A stretch of 64,000 nt of DNA from Yuukianura sp. NJ FZ-2021 (GCA_046563655.1 CM102283.1:8742001-8806000); one strand, 5' to 3'; shown: positions 39,476 to 53,700, numbered from the stretch's first letter. The notes: generated by a model not told the origin, from the letters alone. A program made the numbers and translations.

Positions 39476-39747
39476 GGGAGGTTGCGTTTCAAATCATTTA
39501 TAGAATTTATAGAAAGTATAGAATTTCCCGCCCCTTTTAACACCCCTCCACCCGTTTTGTTACGGCTCTCGCGATTGGTCGATTTCAAATCCGTGACGTC
39601 ACTTTCCTAACTTTTTTTCATTTATGGCATTTATAGAACGTGTTTATAAATTTTTGAGATCCGAAAAGTTTAAAAAGTGACGTCACTTCTTACCGTAAAT
39701 TCTATACTTTCTATAAATTCTATAAATGATTTATAACGCAAACTCCC
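39476..39747. mobile_element. MITE with ~52-bp TIRs
   Basis: GGGAGGTTGCGTTTCAAATCATTTATAGAATTTATAGAAAGTATAGAATTT and its near-perfect reverse complement; TATTA on both flanks. Confidence 0.88.
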
Positions 39748-39877
39748 TATTAGTTATACAAAGTAAGTCTTCGAAGTAAAGCCAAAAAATGCTGAATAAA
39801 TCCTAATCAAAATCAATCTGAACAAAATACAAATCTTCAATCATTTTTTTAAACTAATACCACACAGTAGCAGGCGA

Positions 39878-40091
39878 TAAATCTGAAAAGTGGAATTTGA
39901 CAAACTTTGGAGAAAGCAGTGAAAGTGGTTAAAGGTGAGAAGCCCAAGGCTTTTCCAGAAAAAGAGAAATTAAACGGAGGTGTTAATTACTTATTTAGTC
40001 TCCTTCTACACTAAATTCCACGTATTTCTTTCTTTCCAATAAGTGAAAGAGGAGAAAGGTTTTTCAAAAATTGAAAAGTTCAGAAGAATTT
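39878..40091 (+). repeat. ~215-bp direct repeat, copy 2 (downstream of the CAP gene)
   Basis: See 38502-38716. Confidence 0.85.
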
Positions 40092-43000
40092 ATATGCATT
40101 TGAGGCTAAACCTTAAAAGTTCGAATTTTAAAGAACTGAAATTTCAAAAGAAAACTTTCCTCAAGTGAGGAATTCGTGAAGTGTATAATTTCAAAAAAGA
40201 ATTTGGAAGAATTTGGACCTAAATTGGAAAAGTTTCGTTTTCTGTATTTGGATGCTTACAAAACTGAACCGCCTTCTGCCTCATTTTAAAACAAACTTAA
40301 ACTAGGTTTCTTAGTACAGCTACTCTTTTTAAATCAAAAGTTGTGACTTTTGCTTAACCCAAAGCCTTAATTCTCTGTTTTTGAATTCTGTTTGAAAATT
40401 TCTTTTCCCGGGCATTTTACGACTCTCTTGCGGTCAGAAAATGGAATTATTTTAACATAATAATTTCTCAAGTTGCACTAATTACAACTTTACATAATTT
40501 AAGTTATGCACTTGAAAAGTACATTTTCGCGTCTCTTTTGGCAAAAACCCACAAGAAGCCTAACCTTGCAATATGTTCTCAAACTACAAAATTTAAAAGT
40601 ACCTTAAACTTCAACCATCGCAATTTCAAAACAATTGAGCAAGTCCTTAGTTGTTTACCAGATTTTAATGAACTTAAAAGGAAAGTTTGCAAAAGCAGTG
40701 AAAGTGCGAAACTTCAAAGTTAATCATTAGTTTATACATAAGTTTAAAATGAAATATAGACTTGGCACGACTTTAATGTTTCCTGCGCCTCAGTTAATCT
40801 CAAAAGGCCAGTTTATCTGGTCTTTTTGATCACCAGTAAATAAGTGTGACACAGTCCGTCTGACTCCGGTTTCTGAACAGCCAATTTCAAAAAAGAGGAA
40901 TTCGCGGGTTTAAAATTTCGAAATTTTGGCAACTGTTATTTACTCTTGTTTATGTGATCTGATTATCTCGGGACTGAATGAAATCAACAGAGTACTCAAA
41001 AGCACTCCCACTTACTTCCTTACAAAAACAGATACTGTTTGTGTTTACACTTATTAACGAAAAATTCCAACAAGTCCAAAGCAAAACAAAAAACTGAAAT
41101 TTTTTTAAAAAAATGAACAAATTCTAAAACATCTGTTTTGGCTTTTTATGAATTTTAGTTTTAAGCTTCAGATTTTGTAAATGTTTAAGTTAGGAACCGA
41201 TTTTCTTTTACTTTCTCCATTTTTGCTGGCTATTATTTTTTTCAAACCATCGCTACTTTTGTACATTCGTTTTCGTCTTTTCATGTTTAAAATATAGATT
41301 GATTTTGACTTCCACTTTTTGAAAACGATAAAATTTTAGTTTATACGATTGACGTAAGAACTAGAGTGAAGTTGACGTAGGTTTCTGCTTAGGTTGAGTG
41401 AAAATACTAAAATATGTTATGATCTTACTCCAATACGCCCTCTAAAACATAATTGCATTTGTGCATTACATGGAAAAATAACGTTCTCCCAATTTTCGAA
41501 ATCGAAATTTGAAATAACCGTTCATAATGGAATCCATCGTGTTTGGATACAAAGTCAATAGGAACTGAACATGCACGGCGCAAGCGCAGAAACGCAAGAA
41601 CTCACGAGTTTACTCTCTTTCTAGCTTTGGAGTTAAACATTTTTGCATTGTGAAATTTTTGCAAAAGCTTCTTACGTTTTCTGTCGTTTCCAAAAATGCT
41701 TCCCAAGAGAAACTTTTTGTTTTTCGAAATTTCGGAAGGACGATGAACTCAGAGATTAGCTTTGAGCAAATCCACAAAATCTGAGCCAACTTTCACTTTC
41801 TAGCTTTCTAATTTTTCCAGTCCAGAAAACACCACAACAAACTTAAGCCTTACGGACACTTCAAGAATTTCTTTCAAAAGTTCTAAGAAAAGGCATTTCA
41901 AAAAATCTCGATCACACCAAAATCTTAAATCTTACAAAAAATATTGTCATAAAAAACTGTCACAAAACAAAACCCAATGTACTTTCCGTCAACAATCTTG
42001 AAAGATGTCAACAACAAAAAAATCCAGGACAAGTGTCTCCGTCTTTTTAGAGATTCAAATGGTCCACTTCACTTTTGGCTTCATTCTGACTTATACACTT
42101 TTTCAAAATAAAAATTGGAACTGAAATAGCAGAAAAATAAAAATAAAAACTGGCGAATCCAAAAATCCGAATGGGAGGCTGTAGAGGACACTTTCAAATT
42201 TTATAGAATTTGGCAACTGGAAATGTTTTATATTTTTATCACAACCAAACACTTTACTAAACAGGCAAAAAATACTTTTTAAAAAAGAAACTTGTCTAAA
42301 AAAAACTCGGATTAGACACTTTGTCCAATGCAAAAAAAAAAGACAGAAAAACCTCGTTTCAATTCGGATTTCAACGGTTGATTCGATTTGACAAAATTGA
42401 ATTTACTTTGTCAAAAGAATTCCACACTGCACAAAAAATTCCGTTTTCTAAAAAAAGTTTAGTGTTTGTTTAAGAGTTCACTGGGTTAAGGTTATGTTTA
42501 GAATAGAATTACTTGACTACTGCAACTTTTTAGTATTGAAACTAAATCAGTTGACATTCGCACTTGCAAAAAAGTTTTTGCACTAATGAAAATCCAATTT
42601 CAAATTTTGCAAACTTTAAGCTCTAATCGTGTAATCCGCGTCTGGTGTCTGAGAAAATGGCAACACGAAATTTTCATGATGCGTTATTAAAGGCATTACA
42701 AAAGTCAAGGTTTTCTTTTCGTTAAATTTAATCACAAAGAACTTCACAAACTGCTTCTCAGCAATGAAAAAAAAATACTTCATTGAAACCAGTTTTTGAA
42801 AAAAGTCACACAAAAAAACTCCCAAAAGTTGCACTAATTTCTAGTTTAACACAGTTCTCTCGGTAGCTTTTGTGTCTATATTATGACGCGTGTCATTGCT
42901 GGTTCGCAAATTTTCAGCAACTGAAATGTGTTTGATGCTTTTAATTAACTTTTGCGTAATTTTCCCAAAAAAGCTTACAGAAGCTAAACATGTACTTTTT

Positions 43001-46000
43001 GGATTAACAAATTAACTTTGACTAATTTGTGAATCATAATTTGTTCAAAGTAAATTGAAACTTTAACTCACCAGTTGAACAGAAGTTGACACTGCAGCAA
43101 CAGCGATCTTTTGAATTACTTTCTTTCTGGAAGATGAATCACCGGAAACTTTACGCTGATGCTGCCGATGCTTTCTAGAATCGCTTCCGCTGTTGTGTTA
43201 GGTTGCAGCGATCAGTTATGTTAGATTGGCAGTATTCAGTTTTTAAGTACTTTCACCTTGTCACTCTGTACCTTCTGGAAATGATGGTAGTAAATTGATC
43301 TGCTAAGTCATTAATCATTTGACAGGACAAGAGCCTCTTATGAGCAGTTTCTAATTAAATGAAGTCATTCATCCTCCCCACACAAAATAGAAATGGAAAT
43401 GAGACGTGACGTTCAGAAAGTGACGCTTGTTGCTTCAACCAAGTTTTTAGAACAACAATGGCCAAGGGATTTGTGTTCTCCGGAAGCACACTAAAAACGC
43501 ACTACTTTGGGAGTTAAAAAGCGGGAAAGTTTGAAATTCAAGTAAAAGATGTTTGTAAGTAATGCTTTCACCGGAGATTGATTTCTTCTTTTTTTTTAAA
43601 ATGTTTGCACACCAATTTGTCTTGTGGATTGAGTTGTCAGTGTCCAAAGTGGTTCTGATGGTGCGATGCTTATCTTGATATTGAATGGCGATTTTTGTAG
43701 AAAAGGCGGGAGAAAGTAAACAAGTGAAAGTTTACTTATTTCTTTAATTTCCGATTAAGAGTTTAACTGTAAACGGTAAGTTTGTTTGTTCTGAGTGATC
43801 GTGTACAAGGTATCCAATAAACTTTTAGTTGATGAGAAATTGAACAATTGAAATTCTGTGCACACGAGTAGATTGTGTAAGAATCAGACGAAAAAGGAAA
43901 GTTTTTGATCTGCGTCCAACCCTAAGCAGAGGCTGACTGAGAAGAAACGACTGAATGGAGTCAGGGTTAAGAGAGAGAATTTTCATGGTTCGTTCCAAAA
44001 GAGAAGAGCGAAATACCCGGGTATCCTGAATATCGAAGCGTCGTCCGAAAAAACCGAAATGACAATGACGCCTCCTTTCCAGGTCCACGTACACGACACT
44101 TGTTGCCAAAATAGGTACACAGTTGAACTCAAAAAACGCAAATTTCAAGAAAATTTTGAAAATTTTTGAAAATTTAAAATTTTTTGCTGACCTACGTTTT
44201 GGCATGCGCGTGACACCGAGTAAAAGTTTCTTTGAATTTTGAGTTTTTCTTATGCCACTTTCACTTTTTCTAAGAATCTCCACTCTATCGTCTCTGTCGA
44301 CCAACTCAAAAATTTAAATTCAAGATCAAGCAAAGATCGAAAGTAGAAATCTTTTGATCTTAAGAAGAAGATTGACGTTACAAAGCAAAGCAGCTTGTGT
44401 ATTCTGTCCAAGGAATGTTTAAGGAGTCCTTCTGAAGGGATATCTCTGAGCCCTTCAAAGTGTCATTGGTTGCAACATACAAAAGGAGTAAGCTCACTTG
44501 AATGCATTTTGAACAAAGTTTTATGTAGAGAGGAGCTTTTAAGATATCCAATTTCCATTCGACATGATTAGAAAAGTTGGAAGATATGTGTTGTAGTTGG
44601 CTTGGAAAACGCTGAAACGTAAACACGATTCTCATTTCCATTTTCCTAAATCTTCTTTTCTGAATCCGAATAGCGAATCCTTCGTTGTGAGAAAATAAAA
44701 GCAAAAAATAAAAATTGGAGCAAGGAATTCTAGTTAACATGCGTTTTTCCATTTAGATTTTGAAATAGAATCGAAGGAAAGAGGAAAACATAATCCGAAA
44801 ATCGGATATGAAAAAAAGTAAAAGTAAAATGACTCACAGCTCATCTTAAAAAACGAAGGCGCGTATCCCATTTTTTTCATTTTTTCGTTTCGATTTAACT
44901 CCAAACACAAAAGTTCCGAAAATACTAAAAAAAATTGGGAATTTCGTAAAAAATGTCATTTTTTCAATGTCACTTTTCCAAACGACTTTCATTTCCACTC
45001 AAATTGTGGATCTCGTGTGAAAAACTTTTTGAATTTAGAAATCCATTTTTTTTTCAACTGAACTTTAAAAGTTGGAATGTCTGAAATTTTTGGAATTTAA
45101 AATTTGCGTTACATTTTCAATGTTTTTGCGGTCCGAAACCTATTATTTTGAGGCCATTCAAAATTTTTCAAACAACCATGTTCTATCTACCATGAAAAAT
45201 GTTCAGAACGCGCGTTTTTTTTTGAAAATTCGGTTTACAAAAACACTGTAGTAGTACATAACCTTTGCTAAGATCAAAATTATGCAAGGAAAATCCAAAC
45301 GCGATATGAAAAATATGAAAATGGAAGAAGCGCTGTAAAAGGAATCACAATTCCCGCCATCATAATAATGATCACCACCGCATTTTCTCAACTTTCTCCA
45401 ACTTTTGGTTTGAAAGTGGCAAATACGCAGAAAGCTCAACTTTCACTATACTTTAAGTTGACATTTCAAAATTACACAAAAGTAGAACCTATGGACTCCC
45501 TCGAGTTTCAAAACGTCATTTCCCACAATTGCTCCAGTTTATTACACTTCTCAGACGTCATAACACTTACTACATTGGCCAAAACGCGGTACTGGAATGA
45601 AACGATTTTGGCCTAGGTTAGGTTTCCAAACGATAAAATTTCTAGTTTGGTGAATAACTCTGAATTTGTAATTAAATCGGACGTGACAGGAGCAATTTGA
45701 ACATAAAATTGCTACTTTTTTAATTAACGGTGCAGTTCAAATTAAACTGGCGGCACGTGGAACATGAACTGCAATGTTATTGCAGCAGAATCAACTTTCA
45801 CCTTGATTAATTCACTTTTGCTAAAAGTTAGTTTTTTGCTAGTGAAAGTTCTACCTTAACATATGAAACTTTTTTTCTTGGTAGCATCGGAAACAGAGAA
45901 TCAAAGAAACACAATTGGATTCAGACCAGCGCCGAATCTCAAATTCAAGCCGAATTAATCGAATTAGAAATTTAGTGCACTAAAAACCATTAGTAGTGTT

Positions 46001-48135
46001 CAGACGCGCAGTTTAAATGTTCCCGCCAATGTCTGTGCTGTGATAAGTACACTTAAGGGACCCTCCACGTTTAAATCTTCCCGCCATCAATGCAACAAAG
46101 TTGCAAAACGCTTAATTTCCTTTTGCGTGACCTTCAACAGCAGTCAGGGTGACCCTAAAACATTGCAAAAAACAATTGAAAATTTTGAAATTTGCTAAGT
46201 ACTCCAAGATTTACAACTAAAACAAAACTCGTTTGAGCAACAAAATGAAGTTTTATGAGTTTGCTAAAACCAGCCTCCAGCTAAAGGCCAAACTCAAAGT
46301 TTAAGCAGAAAAAGTTCACTTTCTTCTTTGGATTTTAAAGTCAACTTCCGTTAAAATTTTATGATGTTCCTAAAAGAAGGTTCTTTATTTTCAGTGCTTA
46401 AGAGAAAAGCTAGAGCAAGCACAGCATTTAAACAAACTTTTTAAAAAGCCGAACACTGTTTGAACAAACTTTAAAACAAACGTAGCCCAGACCAGCTTCA
46501 ATTGAAGGACCTGGAGGGAGTAACTATGTAGCTTCTAAGTTGAAACTAATTTCACAATCTGTACAACTGTAGTTTTCATTTAAGAAAATGACATTGTTGA
46601 AAAATAATTTCAATTTCAAAAATGGAGAAAAAGAAGCCTAGGTTTTGCGAGGGAAAGCATCGACGTTATCGTAAGAGGAAAATCTTGACAAGATATTGCG
46701 GAAATTCCAAGTTCTGTCAACATGTTTTGGCACTTTCTTTCAAATCAGTTTACAACGTTAGTAGTAAGTGCCTACAGTTAGGGTATGTAGGCTACACCTA
46801 CTCGTTTTCGATAATGTTAGATTAATAAGGCGAAGAAGAGGCTTTTGGTAGAATTTTTCTGACAGCCGTCAATTTCAATTTTTGAAAACCTGGAGAAAAT
46901 TTTGAAGAAAATGACTTTCCCTGAAGAGCTTTCACTCATGCCTGACTATTCTAAAATCTAAAAGCGAAGGAAATAATAGCAAACGTCTTCAGCAGCCTAT
47001 CTGACGAAAAATGATCAAATTATTTAAAAACCTAATGAAACTTCATTCTTTCTAAGAAAGTTGAAAGGCTCAGTTCAAACTAATTTTAACTGAAATTGAA
47101 AAGTTTAGCTAACTTTTTTTTAGCAAAACTGATTTCAGTTCTATTTGTAAAATGTTGAGCGTGAGCATGAACTGATTACATTGAAACATGCAACTGGATG
47201 AGACAGTTGAGAATTATATACAATGGAACTCCATGTAGGTCAGGATTAGTTACGCCATAAGCCAGGTCAGGCTCAGCTAAGCACGAATCCCGGAAGAGAC
47301 TAAAGATTCCCAGAAATCCGGGAGTTTTCAAAAAGAAACACCCAAAAGTTCATTCAAACCGAAAGTTATAGACTTTGGGATAGTCTCTAGGATTATAAGG
47401 CTTAAGAAATGGAACTAAAATTCTTCAACTTACAATAAATCTAGTCTCGGATAAAGTTGAAATTATAATGAATTTTCTACTTTCCTTTTTCATCTTAACT
47501 CCAGCTCGAATTTTCATATTTGATTGAACAGCATGAAATTTTGTTCAGTCAAAATCACAAAGGTAAAATGAAATTTTTGTTGGTTTCAAAGAAAATGAAA
47601 AATTTCACAGGAATAATCAATATTGTTCAAGGCAACACTTCAAAAGGAACCTGAAATACAAAAAAAATCAAAAGTTATTTGCATGAAAATTAAAAATTTT
47701 TGAAAAGATGTGGATGACATGTCGGTAAAATTGAAATGTCTGTCCAGAGAGGAAATGAAACACCACTCATCACTTTCTGCTCGTGTTATTGGATGGTAAC
47801 CATCAAAATGTCTCTTGACGACACTATTGAGCTGTCACTTTCATGTCATGTTATTAGTACATTTTGGAAAAAGCTCAAATTACTAGCTTTTTAACATTGG
47901 ATCGTAGATGGCACGTGGAACGGATCCATTTCTGAACATGAAATATGAAAGTTACATCTTTTGGTGTTTTGGTAAAAATAAACACAGGCTAAACGCAAAA
48001 TGTAAAACCACAACAACATTTTTCTTGGATGTGGCGGTCGTCGCAGTAAAGAAACAACACTGTGTCTCATGGGTGCTATTCAAAAAGAACCGCCAAACGT
48101 TCATTTGTCTTTACAGCAATCAGCACAGCAAAGAT

Positions 48136-49038
48136 CATAGAGTTGTCAAGACGACGATTTTTCGTTTTTCTTTTAACTAGAGTGGACATGAGGCATTTTT
48201 TCAACAAAATTTTTGAAGCAAATTAAAAGAGGTAAAAAAACCGATTTCACCTGAACTTTAAGCCCGGTTCTCACGACGAAATTCAAACGTTGTTTCAAAC
48301 TTTCTCAAATTGTTGATAAAAAAAAAGTTAAAAAGACAGTCAAATAATTTTTGACTTCCAAAGGGTGGATCTTTGGTTGGTGAATCGTGGAGCCAAATTA
48401 ACTTCTTGCTAATTAACTTTACTGCAAGTGAGATTTGTAGAGAACGGTTGTGGCAGTACTTTAGATACTTTAGAAGGATATCCATAACTTCTGAGCTACA
48501 GCAGCTTGAACACCCGTGTCAAGTCCATAGTTCCTAAATCACGGGAAAATGACCTGATTTCTGGTAATTTCTACCATTGATAGATACTTATTAGTAAGTA
48601 GATAGTAACTTAGATGTAGATAGGTGGTTTAGATGTAATTAACTTAAGTATCAGTAATTTAATTAGAATTAGTAAATAGTAACTTCAATTTAACTTTTTG
48701 CAAAAGCAATTTCAGCAGCAGAAGCAATTGTTGGGTTGCTGCCGCTGCCACCTCTTCTTGGCACACTACTAGTCACCATTTGTATTATGACAGATATGCA
48801 CGGATATTTTGTCTAAAAAAAGCTGTTTTTCGTATTTTTATTCATAATTTTAGAAATTTTGAAAACTGAAAATCTAAATTTCGTCGTTTGTGTGAACCGG
48901 GCTTAAAGGTCAGGTGAAATCGGTTTTTTACCTCTTTTAACCTCTTTTAATTTGCTTCAAAAATTTTGTTGAAAAAATGCCTCATGTCCACTCTAGTTAA
49001 AAGAAAAAACGAAAAATCGTCGTCTTGACAACTCTATG
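48136..49038. mobile_element. Non-autonomous DNA transposon, 903 bp, long TIRs, 8-bp TSD (P-superfamily-like)
   Basis: CATAGAGTTGTCAAGACGACG... TIRs of ~150 bp; perfect TSD GCAAAGAT at 48128-48135 and 49039-49046; no transposase ORF. Confidence 0.93.
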
Positions 49039-49204
49039 GCAAAGATGCAGTGAAAGTCGTTTGGGGATGAAAAAGTCTACAAAAGTGTGTCGAAATTAGA
49101 AAAAGTTCAAAACGTGGTCCAATTTCTTCCAAAATTTTATGCTTTCTGTAAACAACATTCCGTAAACATTAAAAGATTATGTTTACTAAGATTAGGTTTT
49201 AATT

Positions 49205-50594
49205 GTAAACAGATTTGAGTGATGATTATGAGATTCGGCTACTCTCCGCTCAAAGGCAAAAACTTCAACTGCAAACCAGACGTCACGGAATTACAGGCTT
49301 CGCAGGGATATGTCGAAACACATTTCATAACCTCTAATTTTTAAATGGGATTTTCATCGTAAACAGATTTGAGTAGTGATTATGAGATTCGGCTACTTTC
49401 TGCTCAAAGGCAAAAACTTCAACTGCAAACCAGACGTCACGGAATTACAGGCTTCGCAGGGATATGTCGAAACACATTTCATAACCTCTAATTTTTAAAT
49501 GGGATTTTCATCGTAAACAGATTTGAGTAGTGATTATGAGATTCGGCTACTTTCTGCTCAAAGGCAAAAACTTCAACTGCAAACCAGACGTCACGGAATT
49601 ACAGGCTTCGCAGGGATATGTCGAAACACATTTCATAACCTCTAATTTTTAAATGGGATTTTCATCGTAAACAGATTTGAGTGGTGATTATGAGATTCGG
49701 CTACTTTCTGCTCAAAGGCAAAAACTTCAACTGCAAACCAGACGTCACGGAATTACAGGCTTCGCAGGGATATGTCGAAACACATTTCATAACCTCTAAT
49801 TTTTAAATGGGATTTTCATCGTAAACAGATTTGAGTGGTGATTATGAGATTCGGCTACTTTCTGCTCAAAGGCAAAAACTTCAACTGCAAACCAGACGTC
49901 ACGGAATTACAGGCTTCGCAGGGATATGTCGAAACACATTTCATAACCTCTAATTTTTAAATGGGATTTTCATCGTAAACAGATTTGAGTAGTGATTATG
50001 AGATTCGGCTACTCTCCGCTCAAAGGCAAAAACTGCAACTGCAAACCAGACGTCACGGAATTACAGGCTTCGCAGGGATATGTCGAAACACTATTTCTAA
50101 TCTCTAAATTTTAAATGGGATTTTCATCGTAAACAGATTTGAGTGGTGATTATGAGATTCGGCTACTTTCTGCTCAAAGGCAAAAACTTCAACTGCAAAC
50201 CAGACGTCACGGAATTACAGGCTTCGCAGGGATATGTCGAAACACTATTTCTAATCTCTAACTTTTAAATGGGATTTTCATCGTAAACAGATTTGAGTGA
50301 TGATTATGAGATTCGCCTACTTTCTGCTGAAAGGCAAAAACTTCAACTGCAAACCAGACGTCAGGGAATTTCAGGGTTGGCAGGGATATGTCGAAACACT
50401 ATTTCTAATCTCTAATTTTTAAATGGGATTTTCATCCTAAGCAGATTTGAGTGATGATTATGAGATTCGGCTACTCTCCGCTCAAAGGCAAAAACTTCAA
50501 CCGCAAACCAGACGTCACGGAATTTCAGGCTTCGCAGGGATATGTCGAAACACATTTCCTAAACCCTAATTTTTAAATGGAATTTCTAGTAAAC
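49205..50594. repeat. 154-bp satellite array, ~9 copies
   Basis: GTAAACAGATTTGAGT (or a close variant) recurs at 49205, 49359, 49513, 49667, 49821, 49975, 50129, 50283 and 50437. Confidence 0.97.
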
Positions 50595-50729
50595 AACATC
50601 CAGTAATACAAATTGGCCCTGCATTAACATGTATTAAAATGTATTAAAATTATATTTACTTTAGATATAATTAAGCTATGTATCAAACAACCTTATCGTT
50701 AACGATGTTTTCAGAACTTTTTACTACGT

Positions 50730-53700
50730 CTACAGGTAGAAAAGCGTACTTTGAAGACGATCGGATGGATCTTCTTTCAAAACGTGTCCAATGAATCCCG
50801 CAGCCTTGTGTGCATACTGGAAAAAAACATAAATAAACATGAAAAGTTCATTTCTGAAAAAAATGGCGGTAATGACCTGACACACTGCTGGAATTCGAAT
50901 GCTTCCAGGCCAATTGAAATACGTAAAGGAAGCAGCGTAGGTTGCTCTCTTGATAAATTCAAAATCTCCTACTTCATCTTCCAGCACGACACATCGCGTG
51001 GGTTGAACTGAAACCTGGAACGAGAACAATTCGTCCGAAAAGTTCCATTTTCTGCTTAAACTCACTCGGAAATAGAAATTACACCATTCAGCATTACATT
51101 ATTTCCACGGCTCATCTGGGAAAACAAGAAAAAGTCTTGGTAATCAGTTCGCGTAATCGTGTTATCCACAACTGTGCCAGGAATTGGATTCAAGAAATCT
51201 TCTCCCTAAAATAGAACAAAAAGTAATCAAGCATTTCATGTTCCAAAAAGTGCAGCAACATTATGAAACTTACATGAAGTAGTACAAGTCTATCAGTTGT
51301 GTACTTCTGCACAAGAACTACTGTTAAAGTTGGTCGTGGTGTCGTCAAAAGTTCCAAACTTCGTTTCATTTGGGCTATTTCGTGATCTTTGATAAGTCCC
51401 AAGTACATGTTGGACACTCCATCACGGAAAACGAGAACTCGTGATGGCCAACGTCCACATTCCTTGTAAAATTCAACATAAGCGTCGAAGAATATTGGTC
51501 CCAGAGTGTCACCAGTTTCTAGTCCTGGGTATTGCATCAAAGTACGAGTGTAGTACTTTGTACACTGAGGATTCAGACTGAAAACGATAGCATAGACACT
51601 GGACTGTCTTGTACGTGAGTGGTAAGCATCAATTCCAACTGTCATAATCGCTTCGTCCATGTCCTAAATCACACGAATTTCAAAGAAAAGGACAAGAATA
51701 GATCAATAAATTCTAGTCATGAAAATACTTGGAATTTACTTGCCTCGTCGCGAGTATCCAGAGCCCATGGAGCACCTCCGAGTTTACAGCATATTTGTCT
51801 TGTAATGTCTTTTACCACACCGGTAAATACTTTAGTGGTAAGCGTCTTGGCTCGAATGGCTTGAGAAGGAACGCCAAACTCTACACTGCAAAGACGTTTC
51901 ACGGTTTGATACAAAGTGGCGGGAGAACTTCTCGGTAGAATAAAAACAACCAGCTGATAACTCTGAAAAGTTAATCAGATTAATCAATTAAACCAAGACT
52001 AGTCAGAAGCGTATGAATGGTGGTATGTTTTGGCAAACCATTTCGACTTGGCGTAAAGCCTGTACGAACTTGACTGCTAAAGATTCCCTGTCGCTGCCAT
52101 CCACGAACAACTTTGTACAAATACTCTTGACTCCAACGTACTCCAATCCTGAAGAAGAGCATTCTGCTGCAAACGACTCGCCGAACTTAGCTGCTAGAGG
52201 TGTGTCCTCGATGGTGGAAATCAAAATCCAATGTAACAGTGGCACCTACAAGAAATAATGAATATTAGGCAATAATAGTAAAGAAATACTCCGGTACAAG
52301 GTTTATGTTTTACACAAGCGTAGAATGGAGTGGATCCAGCTGATGTCCGAAAGTTCAGCTGAGCGTCAAGATTATTACGAATTAAAGTGTCACCAAAGTC
52401 AAGAGTAAGCGATTTGTTCATGATGATCCTCGGACCAGGTAAAACAGTTCCTACAACTTCAACAAACGACGATTCAAGTTGAATGTTCCACTGGTTGAAC
52501 AGCTTTTGCACAGTTTGACTAGCTGCAATAATAATTTTGAAGAACTGAAGTTATAATTTGAGAAGATGATTAAAAGTAACTTACATTGTAGTTGATCCAT
52601 GTAGCTCTTCAGAATACAAACCATTTTCTTGGGAGACGGGTTCACATACTTCTCGATTTCGTTGGACATTGCCGGGTTACTCTTAGATTCCTTCAGTATA
52701 TCACATGTAAAGCAGAGTTCTGGAATATGAACTACAAAATATTGTTCTGAGTCCATCTAAAAAAAATCCAAACCGGTTAGCACGAGAAAGAAGTAAGAAT
52801 AAAAGTATGTTTTAGTGGTCAATACATTACAATCATTGGTTGCCGACACTGGTACAAGTTGTTTGCTCCCCTCTTTGGTAGTCGTCCACATTTTGTTAGC
52901 AGGATTGGTTGTGACAAGTCAACAATCTGAATACCGTACTGCTCACGGTAGTAATCCAAAAAGCTTATCTAAATCAAATCATAGCTGTAAGTCGTAAAAT
53001 TAACGGCCAAAGGTGTTAAAAATCTGAACGTTAAGCCAGTAGTGGTAGTACATTCTCGTTGCTGTATAAAAACGTTGACAAAGGGTTCAGATCCCATCGA
53101 ACTTTGTGCACTGGATAAAAAGCTGTTGTCCGAGTAGGAGTACGAATCATTTTGGAAAATACGAGCTTCTCAAACGTGAGCCTTCTAACGTCTTCATCTT
53201 CAGTGTTCACGGATGACCTGTTAAGACATCCAGCATTACCAAAAACCAACAACACAAACGAATAATTCTTACAACAGGTCAAGGAGACTTTGTGTACGAG
53301 TGACACGGAAGGATGGCTCCATCCATAGCATAGGTGCTTGCTCGATCTCTCTTGTTCCAAACCGAATTCCACATTGGATTTCAATCCTTCAAACAAAAAA
53401 TCATACACTTTTATTCGTTGTTTATTATGCCAAAAATAATCTAAGTTACCGAAATTCGGGCAGCTGTATCTTTGTATCGTACACTCCGTCCCCGAGTCTT
53501 CGTACACCTAGAAGTCCAAATCCTCTCCGTACAAGTACCGTTAGAAAAGAATGTGTATGGGGCGATGAGGACGTTGCCGAAACGTCCACTCGTCGGAATT
53601 CAACTTCTACCGTCCGCTCTTCGTGGTAAGGAATCTTTGCACCAAGACGATAAACCTACAAGAATCATACGGGATTAACCAATGACAAAAATTAACTTAT

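Noticed and set aside
43825-44752. ORFs of 159 and 124 aa on the minus strand
   Set aside because: Low-complexity AT-driven composition, no motifs and no coherent splice structure.
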